The notes under the pieces were generated by a model, which was not told the origin of the DNA, ran no database searches, and saw only the letters and a list, made by a program, of their open reading frames with translations. This document shows positions 60,242-64,000 of a DNA stretch of 64,000 bases, one piece after another (position 1 is the stretch's first letter; each line of letters opens with the position of its first letter). The stretch is from Alphaproteobacteria bacterium. GTDB lineage: Bacteria; Pseudomonadota; Alphaproteobacteria; CALKHQ01. The position numbers were made by a program, and so were the translations under genes. The DNA lies in contig CBDDFZ010000001.1 of assembly GCA_965227515.1 (NCBI GenBank), forward strand, positions 2,368,001 to 2,432,000. The letters are read 5' to 3'.

Positions 60242-60735
60242 CACAGGGCGTCCGCGTTCTCGCCGGCGCGCGCGGGGCCGAACATCAGGGCATCGAACTC
60301 CTGCACGGTCAGCTCGTAGCTGGCCGAGGGGCCGTCGAGCGCGTCGATGTGAATGTCGGTGGTGCCCAGGTAGAAGCCGACCGACAGCGACGCCGCGAGG
60401 GTGGCGCTGGCGCCGATCCAGGCCGGGCGCATCAACGACGACAGCCAACCGGCTGTGCGAGGCGCACTCTGGCGCGCGGTTGCGGGGGCGGCCTCGGCCT
60501 CGGCCTCTGGCTCCATGTCCAGCCGGGCCATCACCGATTGCGCGAAGTCGTCGGACACGCGGGACGGGGCGGCGTCGCGCAGCGCCTGTTCGAAGGCGCG
60601 GGCGCGCCGGTGGAGGTCCGCGGCGTCCGGCGATCCGGCGATCAGCCGCTCGGCGGCGGCCCGGTCGCGCGGCGGCCATGCGGACAGGTCGGCGCCACGT
60701 GCATCCAACAGGTCCTGGAGTTTGGTCAGTTTCAT
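60241..60735 (-). CDS. Putative membrane anti-sigma factor
   Basis: LLDARGADLSAWP N-terminus, single TM, directly after the ECF sigma. Confidence 0.75.
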   Translation of the reverse strand: MKLTKLQDLLDARGADLSAWPPRDRAAAERLIAGSPDAADLHRRARAFEQALRDAAPSRVSDDFAQSVMARLDMEPEAEAEAAPATARQSAPRTAGWLSSLMRPAWIGASATLAASLSVGFYLGTTDIHIDALDGPSASYELTVQEFDALMFGPARAGENADAL

Positions 60736-60773
60736 CGCTTCAGTTCCCCACTGCATCTTCCCCACGGCACGCT

Positions 60774-61508
60774 CTACCAATCGGCTGCCAACGATTGGCG
60801 CATGGCGCGCTTTGCCCGGATCAACAGCGATTCCAGGGCCTTCACACTGATATTCATCGTGTCCGCCGCGTCCCGGTTGCTGATGCCGGCGCCGAAGCAG
60901 AGTGCGATGGCCTGCCGTTGCGCGTCCGGCAGGGCCTGGGTCGCGGCGGCCAGCGCATCGGCCCGCCGCGAGTCTTCAAGCTCGGCGTGCGGGTCGGGGC
61001 GTTCGTCCATCGGCTCGGCGACGTCGTCGATGGCGGTCTGCGGACGGCGGCGACGCTGGCGGTCGATGCAGGCGTTGGTGACCACCCGATAGAGCCAGGT
61101 GGAAAACTGTGCGCGGCCCGGCTCCCAGGCGCCGGCACGGTGCCAGGCGCGGATGAACGCGTCCTGCACCGCATCCTCCGCATCCGCGCGGTTGCCGAGC
61201 AGGCGCACGGCGACGGCAAAGGCGCGATCGGCATGGCGGTCCATAAGTTCGGCGAACGCGGCCCTGTCCCCCTGGGCACAGCGGGCGATCAGGGCGTCGT
61301 CGGAGTCCGCCGCCTGGTGGTCGCGGCCGATCATGGGGGCGACGGAGCGGCGCGGAACGTCGCGCGATGAGGAACGCGTGGCATGGGCCGGGGCGCTGGG
61401 CCGCACGCAGCGGCCGATTGTGGTCCACAGATCGGCCCATTGTCCGCCATCGGCGCCGCCAATGGCAACGTCCCCGATGGCAAAGTTGAGCGTCGTCGCG
61501 GCATTCAT
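60774..61508 (-). CDS. ECF RNA polymerase sigma factor
   Basis: DAEDAVQDAF, FSTWLYRVVTN.CID, LPDAQR, LESLLIRA; GGAGG SD. Confidence 0.9.
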   Translation of the reverse strand: MNAATTLNFAIGDVAIGGADGGQWADLWTTIGRCVRPSAPAHATRSSSRDVPRRSVAPMIGRDHQAADSDDALIARCAQGDRAAFAELMDRHADRAFAVAVRLLGNRADAEDAVQDAFIRAWHRAGAWEPGRAQFSTWLYRVVTNACIDRQRRRRPQTAIDDVAEPMDERPDPHAELEDSRRADALAAATQALPDAQRQAIALCFGAGISNRDAADTMNISVKALESLLIRAKRAMRQSLAADW

Positions 61509-61729
61509 GCCTCACCTCCAGAACCGGTCCCGGGCAGTACCGCACCCGGGCGGCTTGCAAGGTGATACGCCGCGACCGGGGAAACCCTGCGCGACGTGGC
61601 AAGATTTTTTCGTCGGTCGTGTCGGCGCTATCGGGTCCAGGCGGCCGGACCAGCCCGGAATCGGCACCGGCCCCAACGATGTGGGGCCGGCGCGGCATCG
61701 GGCAGTGGATCGGAGGTAGGTCGGAAGTC

Positions 61730-62485
61730 TTAGGCAGCCTTGGGCTGCGGCATCTGGTCCGGGCGCAGCTCGCGGTCGACGCGGGTGGCCAGGATGTAGC
61801 CGACATTGCGCACCGTCTTGATCAGGCTGGGGCGCGCGGCGTCCTGCTCGATCTTCTTGCGCAGGCGGCCGACCAGCACGTCGATGGAGCGGTCGAACGG
61901 GTTCCATTCCCGCTCCTTGGTCGCCGCCATCAGCTCGTCGCGGCTGAGCGGCCGGTTCGGCGACTCCGCCAGCAGCTTCAACAGATCGAACTCGGCGGTG
62001 GTCAGCGAAACCTCGCCATGACGGGCATGCGACAAATTGCGATGGGTGACGTCCAGGCTCCAGTCGCCGAACCGCAGCACCGTGTCTTCGAAATGCGGTT
62101 GCTGGACGACGGCGGCCTTGGAGCGCCGCAGCACGCTGTGCACGCGGGCCAGCAGCTCGCGCATCTCGAACGGCTTGCCGATGTAGTCGTCGGCGCCCGA
62201 CTCCAGGCCCATCACGCGGTCGATCAGGGTGTTCTGCGCGGTAATCATGATCACCGGCGTGTCGTGGTGCAGGCGCAGGTCGCGCAGCAGGTCGACGCCG
62301 CTGCCGTCCGGCAGCTTCAGATCCAGCAGGATCAGATCGAAATTCGTGCGCGTCATGGCGCGGTGCATCTCGCGGGCGGAGCCGGCCAGTTCAACAGTGT
62401 GGCCGTCGTCGCTCAACAGCCGGTCGAGCAGCGACTGCACTGTCAGGTCGTCATCGACCACAAGTATGTTTGCGAAAACGGTCAT
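61730..62485 (-). CDS. OmpR-family response regulator (no adjacent kinase)
   Basis: VVDDD, LLDLKLP, GADDYIGKPF, DRSIDVLVGRLRKK, TVRNVGY. Confidence 0.92.
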   Translation of the reverse strand: MTVFANILVVDDDLTVQSLLDRLLSDDGHTVELAGSAREMHRAMTRTNFDLILLDLKLPDGSGVDLLRDLRLHHDTPVIMITAQNTLIDRVMGLESGADDYIGKPFEMRELLARVHSVLRRSKAAVVQQPHFEDTVLRFGDWSLDVTHRNLSHARHGEVSLTTAEFDLLKLLAESPNRPLSRDELMAATKEREWNPFDRSIDVLVGRLRKKIEQDAARPSLIKTVRNVGYILATRVDRELRPDQMPQPKAA

Positions 62486-62738
62486 GCCCTTGAACTCCAG
62501 TAGACGTTCCTGTCTTTCCGATGTGCGGAGTTTGCGTTACAACCGTTTATGGATCGTTACATTTTATTTCGTGCGGAAAGTATAAATTCCGATTTGTACT
62601 TACATTGAGCGATTTTTATTTAAAATTTGAGGCAAGTTCGGGCGTTGTGGTGCCCGCGCAATGCGGCCCGAATGCCGTCCAGCGGGTCTGCCCGAGCGGG
62701 TGACATAGGGGAATCGGAATACGGCAGGTATGGGCCGG

Positions 62739-62767
62739 TTGACAGCGGCGGGTCGGTCCACTACATG
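62739..62767 (+). promoter_or_regulatory. Putative sigma70 promoter of tRNA-Asp
   Basis: TTGACA-N17-TACATG. Confidence 0.5.
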
Positions 62768-62795
62768 CTGTCGATCCGCGAGACACGCGTTTTGC

Positions 62796-62873
<78 letters not shown>

Positions 62874-63159
62874 GTTTCCCTCCTTCACATCGCCGTCGAT
62901 GCCGCGCAGCCACGCTGTGTGGCCTGGGTCGTTTGCGGCCAGCCCGGGGCTTGGGCCGCCATGCTCGAAAAAACTTGATGCTGCATGTGCGTTTTTGCGC
63001 GCAACGGCCACACGCGCCGCTATTATTGGGCTTAGCGCAAGTTGACTGGCGGGCGGGGCACGGCGCGGGGCATACAGCGATTTGACAGCCGCCCCTCTGC
63101 ACGGCTAAACGCACGGTCATTCTGGAGCGCACGCCAGTCACGGTGCGGACGGAGCCAGC

Positions 63160-63528
63160 ATGGACGCCGATTTCCTGCTCGAGTACCTGCCGATCATCAT
63201 CTTCCTGGGCATAGCCGCGGGGCTGTCCATCCTGTTGGTGACGGCATCATGGTTCGCGGCCCGGCAGAAGCCGGACTCCGAGAAGCTGTCCGCCTATGAG
63301 TGCGGGTTCGAAGCTTTCGATGATGCGCGCCACAAGTTCGACGTGCGGTTCTACCTGGTCGCCATCCTGTTCATCATCTTCGACCTGGAGGTGGCGTTCC
63401 TGTTCCCGTGGGCGGTGACGTTGGGCGACATCGGCATGTTCGGTTTCTGGTCGATGATCGTGTTCCTGGCCATCCTGACCGTGGGCTTCATCTACGAATG
63501 GAAGAAAGGGGCATTGGAATGGGAGTGA
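63160..63528 (+). CDS. nuoA: NADH-quinone oxidoreductase subunit A
   Basis: [38 protein letters not shown]. Confidence 0.97.
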   Translation: MDADFLLEYLPIIIFLGIAAGLSILLVTASWFAARQKPDSEKLSAYECGFEAFDDARHKFDVRFYLVAILFIIFDLEVAFLFPWAVTLGDIGMFGFWSMIVFLAILTVGFIYEWKKGALEWE

Positions 63529-64000
63529 GCACCGACGCCGGCTCGGCTGTGGCGCCGCTTCCGCCGGGCTCCGACCAGAGCGCGCTGTTGCAGCAGGTCA
63601 GCGACGAGATCGCCGACAAGGGCTTCATCGTCGCCCAGCTCGACAAGCTGGTGAACTGGGCGCGCACCGGCTCGATGTGGCCGATGACGTTCGGGCTCGC
63701 CTGCTGCGCGGTCGAGATGATGCACGCCTACATGCCGCGCTACGACCTGGACCGCTTCGGCGTGTTCGTGCGCGCCAGCCCGCGCCAGTCCGACGTGATG
63801 ATCGTCGCCGGCACGCTGACCAACAAGATGGCGCCCGCGCTGCGCAAGGTCTACGACCAGATGGCCGAGCCGCGCTGGGTGATCTCGATGGGCAGTTGCG
63901 CCAACGGCGGCGGCTACTACCACTATTCCTATTCCGTGGTGCGCGGCTGCGACCGCGTGGTGCCGGTGGACATCTATGTGCCGGGCTGCCCGCCGACGGC
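63519..64000 (+). CDS. nuoB: NADH-quinone oxidoreductase subunit B (partial, runs off window end)
   Basis: Manual translation: [44 protein letters not shown]. Confidence 0.96.
   Translation, partial: MGVSTDAGSAVAPLPPGSDQSALLQQVSDEIADKGFIVAQLDKLVNWARTGSMWPMTFGLACCAVEMMHAYMPRYDLDRFGVFVRASPRQSDVMIVAGTLTNKMAPALRKVYDQMAEPRWVISMGSCANGGGYYHYSYSVVRGCDRVVPVDIYVPGCPPT

Noticed and set aside
58107-61370. 1087-aa plus-strand ORF
   Set aside because: Shadow of the sigma-DUF1800-DUF1501 operon

Overview
GC-rich alphaproteobacterial chromosome segment (Rhodospirillales-like by gene content; inferred, not verified). Housekeeping and metabolic genes include trmJ (partial), ACT-cimA, dhaM-HPr-EI, ugpC, purE-purK, an aspartate aminotransferase, tRNA-Asp and the start of nuoAB. 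Accessory content includes four Gfo/Idh/MocA oxidoreductases, a Rieske oxygenase, PhyH, a P450, two nitrilase-family enzymes, a likely pyrimidine ABC importer, two RelE/ParE-type TA pairs, a ParD-like/Map pair, a sortase with its VIT-vWA substrate, and an ECF sigma/anti-sigma/DUF1800/DUF1501 operon. No CRISPR array, integrase or transposase is visible. The main unexplained structures are: (1) several families of short palindromic elements, notably a ~129-bp CTAG-bounded MITE-like family in 5 copies that supplies stop codons, shows covariation and is stacked on other CTAG elements; (2) a candidate leaderless-uORF attenuator before ACT-cimA; (3) a candidate anti-SD sRNA; (4) a 30-bp perfect palindrome before ParD-like/map; (5) a coupled pair of large unknown genes; (6) three small proteins below the ORF-track cutoff. 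All product calls come from motif recognition; no database searches were run.
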